A stretch of DNA of 64,000 nucleotides, from contig CAVUAK010000003.1 of NCBI GenBank assembly GCA_963739455.1, positions 256,001 through 320,000 on the forward strand, in the 5' to 3' direction. The position numbers and the translations under genes were made by a program. This DNA is from an uncultured Gemmatimonadales bacterium (GTDB lineage Bacteria > Gemmatimonadota > Gemmatimonadetes > Gemmatimonadales > GWC2-71-9). Numbering within the stretch: position 1 is the first letter of the stretch; the number at the start of each line of letters is the position of its first letter. Positions 9,300 to 22,075 of this stretch are shown here, piece after piece. The notes under the pieces were generated by a model. The model saw nothing but the letters and a program-made list of their open reading frames with translations, had not been told where the DNA came from and made no database searches.

Positions 9300-11423
9300 A
9301 TGAGCATCTCGCCCGCGTCCCCGGACGGACAGGTCCTTTCCCGCGAACTGTCCGAATTCCTCCTGGATTTCCTGGGGGCGCAGCAGCGGTTTGCCATGTA
9401 CCCCATCGGGCACCCCCTGCTGGATCCCGCTGTCGACTCCCTGATCCGCCGGCTGAACACCCTGTTCCTGGAGCGAGCGAGCATTTCGCTCGCCGTCACC
9501 CCAATGCAGCTGGTGGTCGCCGGCGTACCGACTGATCCCGAGCACACGGTGCTCCGCGAACTCGCCGGCAAGCTGCACCGGCGCAATGTCGGCGGGATCA
9601 AGATCTTCCGCGGGGTGGGCCGCACCGAGCTTGCGAGCTTCCTGGGAGTCATCGGTACCGACGCGAACGATGCGCAGCAGCTCGTCACGCATGACGAGCC
9701 ATCGGCGCAGTGGCCACATATCCGGCTCTTCGGGCTGGCGTACGACAAGCTGGCGCTGCTGGATGAGGAGGACGAGGAGACCGCACTCTTCGATCCCCTC
9801 GGTGGAAGCTGGGCCGGCCGCCTGTGGCTGGGACTGGCGCGCGCCTCCATGGGCGAACACCTGTCCGACGAGGTCGCCGCCAAGGTCGATCCCGAGCAGA
9901 TCGCCAAGGCGATCAACGAGCACCAGCGCGAGGCACAGCGTGACGAGCGGGTCATCACCGCGCTCACCGACCTCGCCGAGGCGTGCCAGGGGCGCGGCCG
10001 CGCCGAGACGGTGGCGCTGCAGCGCCAGCTGTCGCGGCTCATCGGCTCACTGACCCCGGAGACGCTCGAGCGCCTGATGCACATGGGCGGCGACCACGAT
10101 CGCCGCCGGAAGTGGCTGTTCCAGGCCTCGAAGATCATGACCGCAGACGTGATCGTGTCGCTGGTCGAGGCGGCGGCCCATGCGCAGCAGCGCAGCGTCT
10201 CGCCCGCGATGCTCCAGCTCCTCAGCAAGCTCTCGAATCACGTGGACCAGGGACCGCCGAAAACGCGACTGCGCGCGGAGCAGGCGCTGCGGAAGCGCAT
10301 CCGCGCGATGATCAGCCGGTGGAGCCTCTCCGACCTTCCGTACGGCTCGCCGGGCTACGACAAGATGCTGGAGTCGCTGCCAGGTGGAGCCGCGGACTTC
10401 GAACCGGTGCTGGTGTACGGCCCGGAACCGCAGCGCGTCATCATGACCTGCCTCGAACTCGGCGTCGTGCAGGCCGGCACCAGGCGCGCGGTCGACCGCA
10501 TGGTCGAGAACCGGGAGACGGGACTATTGCTGGACATGCTCGAGCGGGTGCCCGCCGACCGGCCCGCCGTCTCCGAGTTGCGCAGCTGGGTGTTGAGCAA
10601 GAGCACCGTGAGCCGGGTGCTCGCCATCGAGCCGGTCGACACCGACACCCTGGCGCGACTGGTGAAGGGAGTCGGCATCGAATCGCTCGGCACGCTGCTC
10701 GACGCGCTTTCAACCGCGAAGGAGCGGAAGGTGCGCGCGCGCCTGATCGACATCGTCACGCACCTCGGTCCTTCGATCGGGCCGGAGGTGGTGGCGCGCA
10801 TTTCGGGCGCGCCCTGGTTCGTGCAGCGGAACCTGCTCCGGCTCCTTGGCATGCTGCCCGAGCTGCCGGATGGCTTCAACCTCGCGTCCCACGTGAAGCA
10901 CAACGATCCGCGGGTGCGGCACGAGGCACTGCGAATCATGCTGCGCGACCGGGTGCGCCGGCCGGAAGCACTCAAGCGCGCGCTGGAAGCGCCGGATCCA
11001 CCGACGGTGCGACTGGGAATCATGGCGGCCGCCGAGGGATGCCCATCCAACATTGCGCCGATGCTGCTGCAGCGGATCCACTCGGGCGGCCTCGACCCGC
11101 AGTTGAGGGCCGTTGCCATTCGTGCGGTCTCCTCGGTCGACAACCCCAACGTGATCGCCTGCCTGCTCGGGCTCACGCAGGTGAAGGGCACGCTCGGCTT
11201 GGGCCGGAAGCTGGCGCCCAAGAGCCCCGAGCTCCTCTCGGCACTGCAGGGGCTGGCGGCCCACTGGCCGTACCAGGTCGAGGCGGCCAAGGTCCTCGAC
11301 CTCGCGCAGAAGAGCAGGGATCACGGAAATCCGGAAGGCGGGGACGCCGCCATCGCGCCGGGCCGATCCGGACGCTCCGCCGCCGCCCACGGCACCGCGG
11401 GTCATCATATGAGCGACGCATGA
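9300..11423 (+). CDS. HEAT-repeat protein (about 700 aa); true stop possibly 11412 after a late frameshift
   Basis: HEAT-like APWFVQRNLLRLLG and HNDPRVRHEALR; N-terminal MYPIGHP domain. Confidence 0.8.
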   Translation: MSISPASPDGQVLSRELSEFLLDFLGAQQRFAMYPIGHPLLDPAVDSLIRRLNTLFLERASISLAVTPMQLVVAGVPTDPEHTVLRELAGKLHRRNVGGIKIFRGVGRTELASFLGVIGTDANDAQQLVTHDEPSAQWPHIRLFGLAYDKLALLDEEDEETALFDPLGGSWAGRLWLGLARASMGEHLSDEVAAKVDPEQIAKAINEHQREAQRDERVITALTDLAEACQGRGRAETVALQRQLSRLIGSLTPETLERLMHMGGDHDRRRKWLFQASKIMTADVIVSLVEAAAHAQQRSVSPAMLQLLSKLSNHVDQGPPKTRLRAEQALRKRIRAMISRWSLSDLPYGSPGYDKMLESLPGGAADFEPVLVYGPEPQRVIMTCLELGVVQAGTRRAVDRMVENRETGLLLDMLERVPADRPAVSELRSWVLSKSTVSRVLAIEPVDTDTLARLVKGVGIESLGTLLDALSTAKERKVRARLIDIVTHLGPSIGPEVVARISGAPWFVQRNLLRLLGMLPELPDGFNLASHVKHNDPRVRHEALRIMLRDRVRRPEALKRALEAPDPPTVRLGIMAAAEGCPSNIAPMLLQRIHSGGLDPQLRAVAIRAVSSVDNPNVIACLLGLTQVKGTLGLGRKLAPKSPELLSALQGLAAHWPYQVEAAKVLDLAQKSRDHGNPEGGDAAIAPGRSGRSAAAHGTAGHHMSDA

Positions 11424-12605
11424 GCACCACGACCACCACTCCCGCGCAGTTTCTGCAGTCGCTGGCGCAGGCACTCTCGACGATGACGCTCTACACGTCG
11501 CGCCATCCGGCGTGCGTCTCGGTCGCCGACGCCTCGTTTGCGCGACTCAAGGAACTGGTGAAGGCCGGTGAGTTCAGCGCTTCTCGTTCCTGGGCGAGGC
11601 GGTGGTGGCCAACGACAAGGCCCTCCACGAGCTGCACAGCTGGCCCTGGTCGGCGCGCTTCGTCGACATCGGCGTGCAGCGCCTCGAGTTCGACGGGATG
11701 GTGACGCGCGGCGCGTTCGGCGAGTTCCTCGACGACCTCGTGAATCGGTTGCTGTCGGGCCGGCCAGGGAACGCCGAGGTACCAAGTGAACGGCGCGGCA
11801 TCCGGTGGGGCCTGCTGGGCGTCGAGGTGCCAGGGCGACGACCTGGAAGAGGATGCCGAGCGGGAGCGGATTGGCCGCGAGTTCGTGGCATACCGGCTCA
11901 ACGAGGAGTCGGACATCGTCCGGCAGATCTACCAGCGAGCCGGCGCGCAGGGGGGCGTGGCGCTGGACGAGGTGGAGACCGTGGTGGCATCGCTGTCGGT
12001 GGCGATGCACGCCGAGGGACAGCTGCTGCTGCCGATGCTGGAGTTTCCCGGCCAGGATGCGGCGAATGCGCTGCACGCGATCAACGTGTCGCTGCTGGCG
12101 ATGACGCTGGGCGAGTCGCTCGGCATGGCGTCGCACGACGTGCACGCGGTGGGGAGCGCGGCGCTGCTGCATGATGTGGGCATCTCGGGCCTGCCGCAGG
12201 AACTGCTGGGGAAGCCGGCGCTGTCTCCCGAGGAGCGGCTCGTCATCGAGGCGCACCCGGAGATCGGCGCGCGGATGCTCTTCGCGCGAAGCGCGGTGTT
12301 CGACCTGGCGGCGATCGTGTGCTATGAGCATCACATGCGGCCGGACGGGACAGGATTTCCGCGGACACGTTTTCCGCGGGAGATGCACTACTGCAGCAAG
12401 ATCGTCGCGGTATGTGACGTGTACGACGCGCTGCGCACGCCGCGGGCATACCGTCCCGGCGTGGACGCCGCAGCGCGCGCTCGAGTTCGTCGAGGAGGGA
12501 ACCGGCACGATGTTCGATGCCGGCATTGCGCGCGCCTTTGCGGCGATGATGCGGCGGCTGGAGGGACAGTTGCTGCTGCCCGCGGTATCGAGTATCGCGG
12601 GGTAG
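11420..12605 (+). CDS. HD-GYP-type phosphohydrolase (about 3 apparent frameshifts)
   Basis: ALHAINVS, LLHDVG, HPEIGA, YEHHMRPDGTGFP, VAVCDVYDAL..R.YR, GTMFD. Confidence 0.85.
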
Positions 12606-12611
12606 GGGCCC

Positions 12612-13654
12612 TTACCTCACGCGGCGCGCCAGCGCGTCGAGCGAATCGGCGGGCAGCGCCCCCTGGAGCGATAGCCTCACCCCATCCGCCTCCCATATCC
12701 GCCGCTGGACTGCTGCAGGAGCCGCGGCTGGAGCCGCTGCTCTTCCCGCCGCGAATCCCTGTGCCTGTGCCTGTGCCACCTTCTCCTTCTCCGGAAGACC
12801 CTGCTCCGCGACCGCCTGTTTCGTGGTGACTTCGTCCCTGGCCAGCTTGTGACCAGTTTCGAGGCTACGCCGCGCTGCACCAGGATCACTGGCACGCCTC
12901 CGACGAGGTAAGTCTGCCGCACCTCAGTCAGGGTGTCCGTCCCTGTCCGGACGACTTCCACCGATTGTGGCGTGAGGCTGTCAATGAAGAGCAGGCGCCC
13001 CCCGACACGGGCCTCGGCTTCTGCGAGCGTCAGTGCCTGGCTCGCTGTGGCCTTCGCCGCGACCGCGTCAGTGGAGCGAAGCGCCGCATTGGCGATGTCA
13101 TGCTCAGGAACCGCGGCAGCCTCGTCCTTCCTCGCTTCCGGTTTGGCTACCACGCCACTCGCCTCGGCGCTCGGGTTACCAGGCAGCTTGAAATCCTCGC
13201 CGGCCTCCTGCCCCGCTGGGCGGGGCGGCGCCATGTCAGCGGGTGCGGCTGCGGGGGCGGGCGTCGTGACGTCAACTTCCACACGTTCCTGCGCCGGGAA
13301 TGGCAGGGCGATGCCCGACACGGTGTCCGCCACTTCCCGGTGCTGGGATGCATTCGGCGAGCGAAACAGCACCCACGAGGTACCGGCGACGAGCAGGGCA
13401 CTCGCCGCGAGCCCCAGCAGGCGCAGGTCCCGGCGCGGGGCGCGCGCGGACCGCACTTGACGCACGGGGAGTGGTGGATCGAGGTCGAGGCGGGACACGA
13501 TGGTGTCAGCCTCCGCCTGGATGCCCTTCAATTCTGCGAGCGCGGTGGTGCAGGGGGCACACCCGGCGATGTGCGCGCGAACGACCGCCTCATCAGCGGG
13601 AGCGAGCTCGCCGTCGAGCAGTTCCTGCAGCACGCCATCGTCAGGATGCGACAT
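12612..13654 (-). CDS. Zinc-binding (zf-HC2/ZAS) transmembrane anti-sigma factor (one apparent frameshift)
   Basis: MSHPDDGVLQELLDGEL..HIAGCAPC; TM segment LAASALLVAGTSWVLF; overlaps the sigma gene stop. Confidence 0.8.
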
Positions 13655-14135
13655 GACGCTTCTCCTCCTCGCGGTAGGCGTCCACCAGCTTCCGGCGGGC
13701 GCGGACCAGCGTTGTTCCAATGGCACCGCGCGCCATCCCCAGCGTCGCGGCGATCTCGTCGTAGTTGAACCCCTCGGCCTTGAGCAGCAGCGCTTCGCGG
13801 TCGCGATCACTCAGCTCAGCGAGGGCGCGCTGCACGCGGCTGCGATCCTCCTCGCGGATGTACTCCTCGTCGGGGGCAGGCGTGCCGCTCGGTGATTCGC
13901 CGCGAATGAGCTCGAGATGGCGTCCCCTGCGCACCGATCGGCGTCCTTCCTCCCGCACCAGGTTCAGGGCCACGGCGAAGAGCCAGGGGCGGGGATTGTA
14001 GGGTGGCGCTTCCACGGCCCGGGCAAAGGTCTCCTGGGCCAGGTCTTCGGCACGATCACGGTCCCCCGTCCGCCGATACAGCATGCGGACGAGTGGCTCA
14101 TAGTACTGCTCGAAGAGGGCGCCGACGTCGGTCAT
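13641..14135 (-). CDS. ECF RNA polymerase sigma factor
   Basis: AEDLAQETF, WLFAVALN, region 4 GFNYDEIAATLG..GTTLVRARRKL. Confidence 0.9.
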   Translation of the reverse strand: MTDVGALFEQYYEPLVRMLYRRTGDRDRAEDLAQETFARAVEAPPYNPRPWLFAVALNLVREEGRRSVRRGRHLELIRGESPSGTPAPDEEYIREEDRSRVQRALAELSDRDREALLLKAEGFNYDEIAATLGMARGAIGTTLVRARRKLVDAYREEEKRHVAS

Positions 14136-14244
14136 GAAAACAGGGGATGCCTCCGTGCCGGAAACGTACACAGGTCCCCCTCGAGTCCTCACGCCCCCAC
14201 GCCCTCACGCCTATATTTCCGGGAGCCCGAAGAGGAGCCAATCC

Positions 14245-16576
<2,332 letters not shown>

Positions 16577-16756
16577 GGGCCAGACGTGGCACGACCCCTC
16601 GGGCCGACGTACATGAACCGGTACCGGCAGGGGCCGGGTTGCGGAACGGTGGATACGTGGACGGGGGTCGCCGGGGTAGGACCATGCAGCGGGCGTGCCG
16701 TGACAGCGGGCGCCCGTATCGCTTTTCCGGCGCTGGATTCAGGGGTGGCTGGGGAA

Positions 16757-16824
16757 CGCGTGAGGAGGAACTGCGACAGCGTGAGGAGCAACCGCAACTG
16801 CGTCGGGCGGGGCGGAGGAACCAG
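16757..16824 (+). repeat. Single arm of a dispersed repeat with a 21-nt unit
   Basis: 16757-16782 is identical over 26 nt to the reverse complement of 54156-54181. Confidence 0.8.
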
Positions 16825-16853
16825 GCGCGGAAGCACCAACGGCGGAGAGGTAC

Positions 16854-17370
16854 ATGGATCAACCGGTGATTCGAACGTACCTGGAGATGAAGGCCAGGCC
16901 GGAGGCGGGTCCCGCCGCGGCGCCGGATGGGGTGCACGTGGAGCGACTGGCGTCGTGCCCGCCCGAGCTCTACCGACAGCTCTACGCTGAGGTGGGCCGG
17001 CAATGGAGCTGGTTCGAGCGGCTGTGGTGGACTGATGACGAGCTTGCGGCGCACCTCGCGCGGCCGGAGGTGTCTGATCCGGGTGCTGCACCTGAACGGC
17101 AATCCGTCCGGCTACTACGAACTCGTCAGGCACGCCAACGGGTCAGTGGAGATCGGGTATTTCGGGCTGATGTCACACGCGATCGGGGCAGGGCTTGGGC
17201 GCTGGCTGCTGGGAGAGGCGGTGGGTGAAGCGTGGAGCATGGGAGCATCCCGCGTCTGGCTGCACACCTGCACCCTGGACCATCCCCGGGCCCTGCCGAA
17301 CTACCTGAAGGCAGGATTCACGATCACCGGTACGGAGCAGGTGGGAGCGCCCACGGCGCCAGGGAGCTAG
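16854..17370 (+). CDS. GNAT family N-acetyltransferase (one apparent frameshift)
   Basis: TYLEM, EIGYFGL...IGAGLGRWLL, VWLHTCTLDHPRALPNYLKAGF. Confidence 0.88.
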
Positions 17371-17399
17371 CCGAGGACATCGGAGTGCGCGGAACGGCT

Positions 17400-17428
17400 G
17401 CCCCGGGACAAATTCCGGGGCCTTTTTT
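17400..17428 (+). terminator. Rho-independent terminator
   Basis: GCCCCGG-loop-CCGGGGC followed by CTTTTTT. Confidence 0.75.
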
Positions 17429-17429
17429 A

Positions 17430-17605
17430 TGCACAATGCACACAAAATATGTGCACATAATGCGCACTTATGATGAGTATCACCTAATAGATATTACCTA
17501 TCATGTAACGAATGTGCGCATTTTGTGCACATATTGCACATAATTTGTTGACTACCAAGCAAGGAGTGACTAACGTGGTTGAGTGGCCGGTGGCTCCCTC
17601 TGTGA
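17430..17605 (+). promoter_or_regulatory. AT-rich control region: 22-bp inverted repeat, IHF-like site, sigma54-like promoter
   Basis: Arms 17446-17467 and 17514-17535 match at 21 of 22 positions; TAA-TTTG-TTGACT at 17541-17553; TGGC-N7-GTGA at 17591-17605. Confidence 0.55.
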
Positions 17606-17656
17606 ATCGCACAGCCGGGTGACCGTCGGTGCAGGCGCAGGCAAGGAGGCTCTCTC

Positions 17657-18271
17657 ATGTGGTCGGTCGGCGGGATGGTTCGCGGCGTTGGCCTTGGTGG
17701 TCTGTGGCTCGGTGTGGCGGGGTGGTGTCAGCCCGGCAGCAGCCCAGGTCCTGAACAACGTGGTGCGGCCGGCCTCCAATGCGAATGCGAGCGTATTCAC
17801 GCCACCGGCCGGCTTGGCTTCGGGATATATCGATCGCGATCCAGAGCGACTGGAACCGTCCGGACGTGATGCAGATCTGCGCTGTCGACGGCGGTGAATC
17901 GGTGACCGGCCGACTCACCTGGACCGGTGCAGCGTACGTCGGCGTGCTCCGGCGCGAATCGAAGTACACGCGAGTGTGGTGTCCATGGCACCGGGCAGTG
18001 CGTGGTCTCGGTGGCGGGATCAGGCGACGTGCAGGTCTCCGGCGAGGTGAAGGACGATGAAGGCGCCCCGGCCCTTTACTTGCGATGGTCACCGGCGCGG
18101 GACACGGAGGTCGAGGTGGAGGGAAGCTGCCCCGCGTCATACCGGAAGGCACTGGCCCGGATGTACAGCACCGCTACCCACGCAGTGCTGATGCCGCTGC
18201 CCAAGGCGGGCGAAGGAGAGGTCGCGCTGGCGCTCGATGATCAACCGTGGAAGGTGCGGGTCTCGCCGTAG
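17657..18271 (+). CDS. Secreted hypothetical protein (about 200 aa, about 3 apparent frameshifts)
   Basis: RBS AAGGAGG before ATG 17657; joined frames give signal peptide ...WFAALALVV...SPAAA|Q and a beta-rich Cys-containing domain ending PWKVRVSP. Confidence 0.55.
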
Positions 18272-18301
18272 AGGCGGGTGGCTGGGGTGAACTGCTGACT
18301 G

Positions 18302-18374
18302 CGTGAGGGGTGAGGAGTGAAGGGTGAGGGGGTCGTGGCCGCGACCCTCCCCCTCACCCCTTACCCCTCACTCG
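18302..18374. repeat. Hairpin of heptamer tandem repeats between convergent genes
   Basis: GTGAGGG-like x4, loop, then CCCTCAC-like x3-4. Confidence 0.7.
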
Positions 18375-19750
18375 TTAGTTGGGCGCGAGCTTCGCTGTAA
18401 AGTGTCGCAGGAAAGGCGCCTGTTCCGTGATGCGATAGCCGCCCACCTTCGCGCGGTTCTGCCAGATCTCCAGGATCGCTTCGACGACGTAGTCGATGTG
18501 GCTCTGGGTGTAGACGCGGCGCGGCACGGCGAGGCGCACCAGCTCCATGGGCGCCGCATGCTCCTGGCCGGTCTCCGGATCGCGACGGCCGAACATCAGG
18601 GTGCCGATCTCGACCGCGCGGATGCCCGCCTCGCGATACAACTCCACCACCAGGGCCTGTCCCGGGAGGTCGAGCGGCTTCAGGTGCGGCAGGAAGGCCG
18701 CGGCGTCGATGTAGATGGCGTGCCCGCCGGGCGGCTGCACGATCGGCACGCCGGCGTCGGAGATGTGCTCGCCGAGGTAGCGTGGTGGAGGTGATGCGGT
18801 ACAGCAGGTAGTCCGGGTCGAGCGCCTCATATAGGCCGGTCGCGATGGCATCGAGGTCGCGGCCTGCCAGGCCGCCGTAGGTCGGGAAACCCTCGGTGAG
18901 GATGAGCAGGTTCTGCTGGTCCATCGCGAGGCGGGCATCGTTGGTGGCGAGGAAGCCGCCGATGTTGGCCATGCCGTCCTTCTTCGCCGACATGGTGCAC
19001 CCGTCGGCCAGTGAGAACAGTTCCCGCGCAATGTCGATGGGGCGCGCGGTGCGACTGCCCCTCCTCGCGCAACTTGATGAACCAGGCATTCTCGGCGAAG
19101 CGGCAGGCATCGATGTAGAGCGGGATGCCGTGCTTCCGGCAGACCGCCGACACCGCGCGCACGTTGGCCAGCGATACCGGCTGCCCGCCGCCGGAGTTGT
19201 TGGTGATGGTGAGCATGCAGACCGGGATCTTCTCGCGCCCCACCTCGGCGATGAGCCGCTCCAGCGCGGCGACGTCCATGTTGCCCTTGAAGGGATGCCG
19301 CGTCTGCGGCTGGCGCCCCTCGGGGATGACCAGGTCCACCGCCTTGGCGCCGGTGAACTCGACGTTGGCGCGGGTGGTGTCGAAGTGGGTGTTGTTGGGC
19401 ACCACGTCGCCAGGCTTGCAGAGGGTGGCGAAGAGGATCTTCTCGGCGGCGCGGCCCTGGTGCGTCGGGAGCACCTGGCTGAAGCCGAAGATGTCCTGCA
19501 CGGCGGCGAGGAAGCGGAACCAGGAGCGGCTGCCGGCGTAGGCCTCGTCGCCACGCATGATCGACGCCCACTGCTCGGCGCTCATCGCCGCGGTGCCGCT
19601 GTCGGTGAGGAGGTCGATGAGCACGTCTTCCGCCTTGAGCAGGAAGACGTTGTAGGCCGCCTCGCGCAACCGCTCCTCGCGCTCGGCGGGGGTCGTGAGA
19701 TGGATCGGCTCGACGGACTTGATCTTGAACGGCTCGATGATGGTCTTCAT
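18375..19750 (-). CDS. tnaA: Tryptophanase (beta-eliminating lyase; 2 apparent frameshifts)
   Basis: [33 protein letters not shown] site [25 protein letters not shown] favours TnaA over tyrosine phenol-lyase. Confidence 0.85.
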
Positions 19751-19843
19751 GGGCGGGAAGATACTGCCTGAGACCTGAACGTCGAGATCTGCGTCACCCG
19801 GCAAGGCGTCGCGGCGTCGCCCGTCGCCTAATAGCTTGCGGGC

Positions 19844-22051
19844 ATGTCATCTACCGAAACCCTGCCGGGCATGGTGCCGTTCCTGCCCCTCATCTACGTC
19901 GCCTGGGCCGACGGCGAGCTCACCGCCGACGAGTTGGGCGCCTTCCGGGCCGCCATCCACCGGCAGCCCGGCATCGATGCACTATCCCTTGCTGCGCTCG
20001 ACCGGTGGCTCGACCCCGAATTGCCCCTGACAGCGACGGAGCTCGAGGACCTGCTGGACCGGATCCACCAGCACCGTGACAGCTACTTGCGCGCCGACAG
20101 CGGTACCGGGGTCCGCGAAGTGGCGGGTGCGCTCGGCATGCCGTACGAGGAGGTAGTGCGGGAACTCCTGGGCGCGGTCGCGCCGGAGGCGCCATCGGCC
20201 GCCGCCTTGCGACTCGATACGGCGGCGATGCAGCAATTCCTCGATGGCAGCGAGCGCGAGGCAAGGCAGAAGATGCGGGCCTTGCTCTCAAGGCCGGCGT
20301 TCGCGTATCGCCAGGGCATGTCCACCGAGGCATATCGCCAGCAGGTGTTCGACTGGCTGCAGGTGATCGCGCGCGCGGGCTTCGGGGCGCGTGGGCTTCC
20401 GGTGGCACTGGGCGGCGGCGGCGACCTTGCGGGATTTCTCGCGGCGTTCGAGACAATCGGCACGCATGACCAGAGCTTGACGGTCAAGTTCGGCGTGCAG
20501 TTCGGGCTGTTCGCCGGGAGCATCTACATGCTCGGCACCGAGCGGCATCACCGCTGGCTGCGTGACGCGGCGAGCGGCTCGCTGCCGGGCTGCTTCGCCA
20601 TGAGCGAGCTGGCGCACGGGTCGAACGTGCGCGACCTGCGGACAACGGCGCGCTTCGATCCCGCGACCGACGAATTCGTCGTGCACACGCCGGACGAGGC
20701 GGCGCGGAAGGAATGGATCGGAAATGCGGCAGTTCACGGCCAGATGGCGACGGTCTTCGCCCAGCTTTACACCGGCGACACCTGTCACGGGGTGCATGCG
20801 CTGCTGGTGCCGCTGAGAGACGCCGAAGGCACGGCGTTTCGGGGCGTACGCCTCGCGGATGGCGGCGAGAAGATGGGACTCAACGGTGTGGACAATGGGA
20901 GCATCTGGTTCGACCAGGTCCGGGTGCCGCGGACCAACCTGCTCAATCGCCATGGCGATGTCGCGGCCGACGGTACCTACAGCAGCCCGATCGCGAGTCC
21001 GGATGCGCGGTTCTTCACCATGCTCGGCACGCTGGTGAGCGGACGGATCACGGTCGCGCGCTTCGCACTGAGTGCAGCGAAGAGCGGGCAGGCGATCGCG
21101 GTGCGGTACGCAGGACGCCGGCGCCAGTTTGGTCCCGCGGGTGGGGCGGAGCGCTTGCTGCTCGACTATCAGTCGCACCAGCGCCGCCTCATGCCGGCGC
21201 TGGCCACGACGTATGCGTGTGACTTCGCGCTCAAGGCGCTGACAAGGCGCTATCTCGCATTCGACGCCGAGGCGCAGCGCGAGGTGGAAGTGCAGGCGGC
21301 GGGGCTCAAGGCATACGTGACATGGCACGTGACGTCGGCGCTTCAGGCTGCGCGGGAGTGCTGCGGTGGGCAGGGATTCCTGGCGGTGAACCGGATCGGC
21401 ACGCTCAAGAGTGATTCCGATGTCTACACGACCTTCGAGGGCGACAACACGGTCCTGATGCAGCTGGTGGCCAAGGGCCTGCTGACAGATTACCGGCAGC
21501 AGTTCGGCAGCATGCGCCTGGGGGGTGTCATTCGCTTCCTGGCGGCACGCGCACAGCGCCGGCTGGTCGCATCGAATCCCATGGCGGCGCGAAACACCGA
21601 CGAGGGGCACCTGCGTGACCCGGAGGCGCAGGCGTTCCTGCTGCGCTACCGCGAGGAGCGACTGCTCGGCTCGGTGGCGAGCCGGCTCAAGCAGCTGCTC
21701 GACGATGGCACGGACCCATTCGATGCCTTCACGCAGTGCCAGGATCACCTGCTGCAGGTGGCGCATGCATATGTGGAGCGACTGGTCGCGACAGAATTCC
21801 GTGCCGCGATCGCGACGGCGCCGGCCTCGGTGCGTTCGGTGCTGAAGGACCTTGCCGACCTGCATGTGCTGAGTGGCCTCGAGCGCGATGCGGCGTGGTT
21901 CCTGGCGGCCGGCGTGATGGAAGGCAACAAGGCGAAGGCGATCCGGAACCTGACGCTCACGCTGTCGGCGTCCCTCGCGCCGGTGGCTGAGGGACTGGTG
22001 GATGCGTTCGGGATCCCGGATTCGGTACTGGGGGCGCCGATCGCCGTCTAG
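19844..22051 (+). CDS. Acyl-CoA oxidase/dehydrogenase with N-terminal TerB-like domain
   Basis: GCFAMSELAHGSNV, KEWIGNAA, GLNGVDNG, RECCGGQG, TFEGDNTVL; N-terminal YVAWADGELTADE. Confidence 0.88.
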   Translation: MSSTETLPGMVPFLPLIYVAWADGELTADELGAFRAAIHRQPGIDALSLAALDRWLDPELPLTATELEDLLDRIHQHRDSYLRADSGTGVREVAGALGMPYEEVVRELLGAVAPEAPSAAALRLDTAAMQQFLDGSEREARQKMRALLSRPAFAYRQGMSTEAYRQQVFDWLQVIARAGFGARGLPVALGGGGDLAGFLAAFETIGTHDQSLTVKFGVQFGLFAGSIYMLGTERHHRWLRDAASGSLPGCFAMSELAHGSNVRDLRTTARFDPATDEFVVHTPDEAARKEWIGNAAVHGQMATVFAQLYTGDTCHGVHALLVPLRDAEGTAFRGVRLADGGEKMGLNGVDNGSIWFDQVRVPRTNLLNRHGDVAADGTYSSPIASPDARFFTMLGTLVSGRITVARFALSAAKSGQAIAVRYAGRRRQFGPAGGAERLLLDYQSHQRRLMPALATTYACDFALKALTRRYLAFDAEAQREVEVQAAGLKAYVTWHVTSALQAARECCGGQGFLAVNRIGTLKSDSDVYTTFEGDNTVLMQLVAKGLLTDYRQQFGSMRLGGVIRFLAARAQRRLVASNPMAARNTDEGHLRDPEAQAFLLRYREERLLGSVASRLKQLLDDGTDPFDAFTQCQDHLLQVAHAYVERLVATEFRAAIATAPASVRSVLKDLADLHVLSGLERDAAWFLAAGVMEGNKAKAIRNLTLTLSASLAPVAEGLVDAFGIPDSVLGAPIAV

Positions 22052-22075
22052 CGCGATCGCCTTGCGCGATCGCGG

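Noticed and set aside
16586..16990. 134-aa Gly/Arg-rich ORF
   Set aside because: Runs through a repeat and overlaps the GNAT gene out of frame; no coding signature
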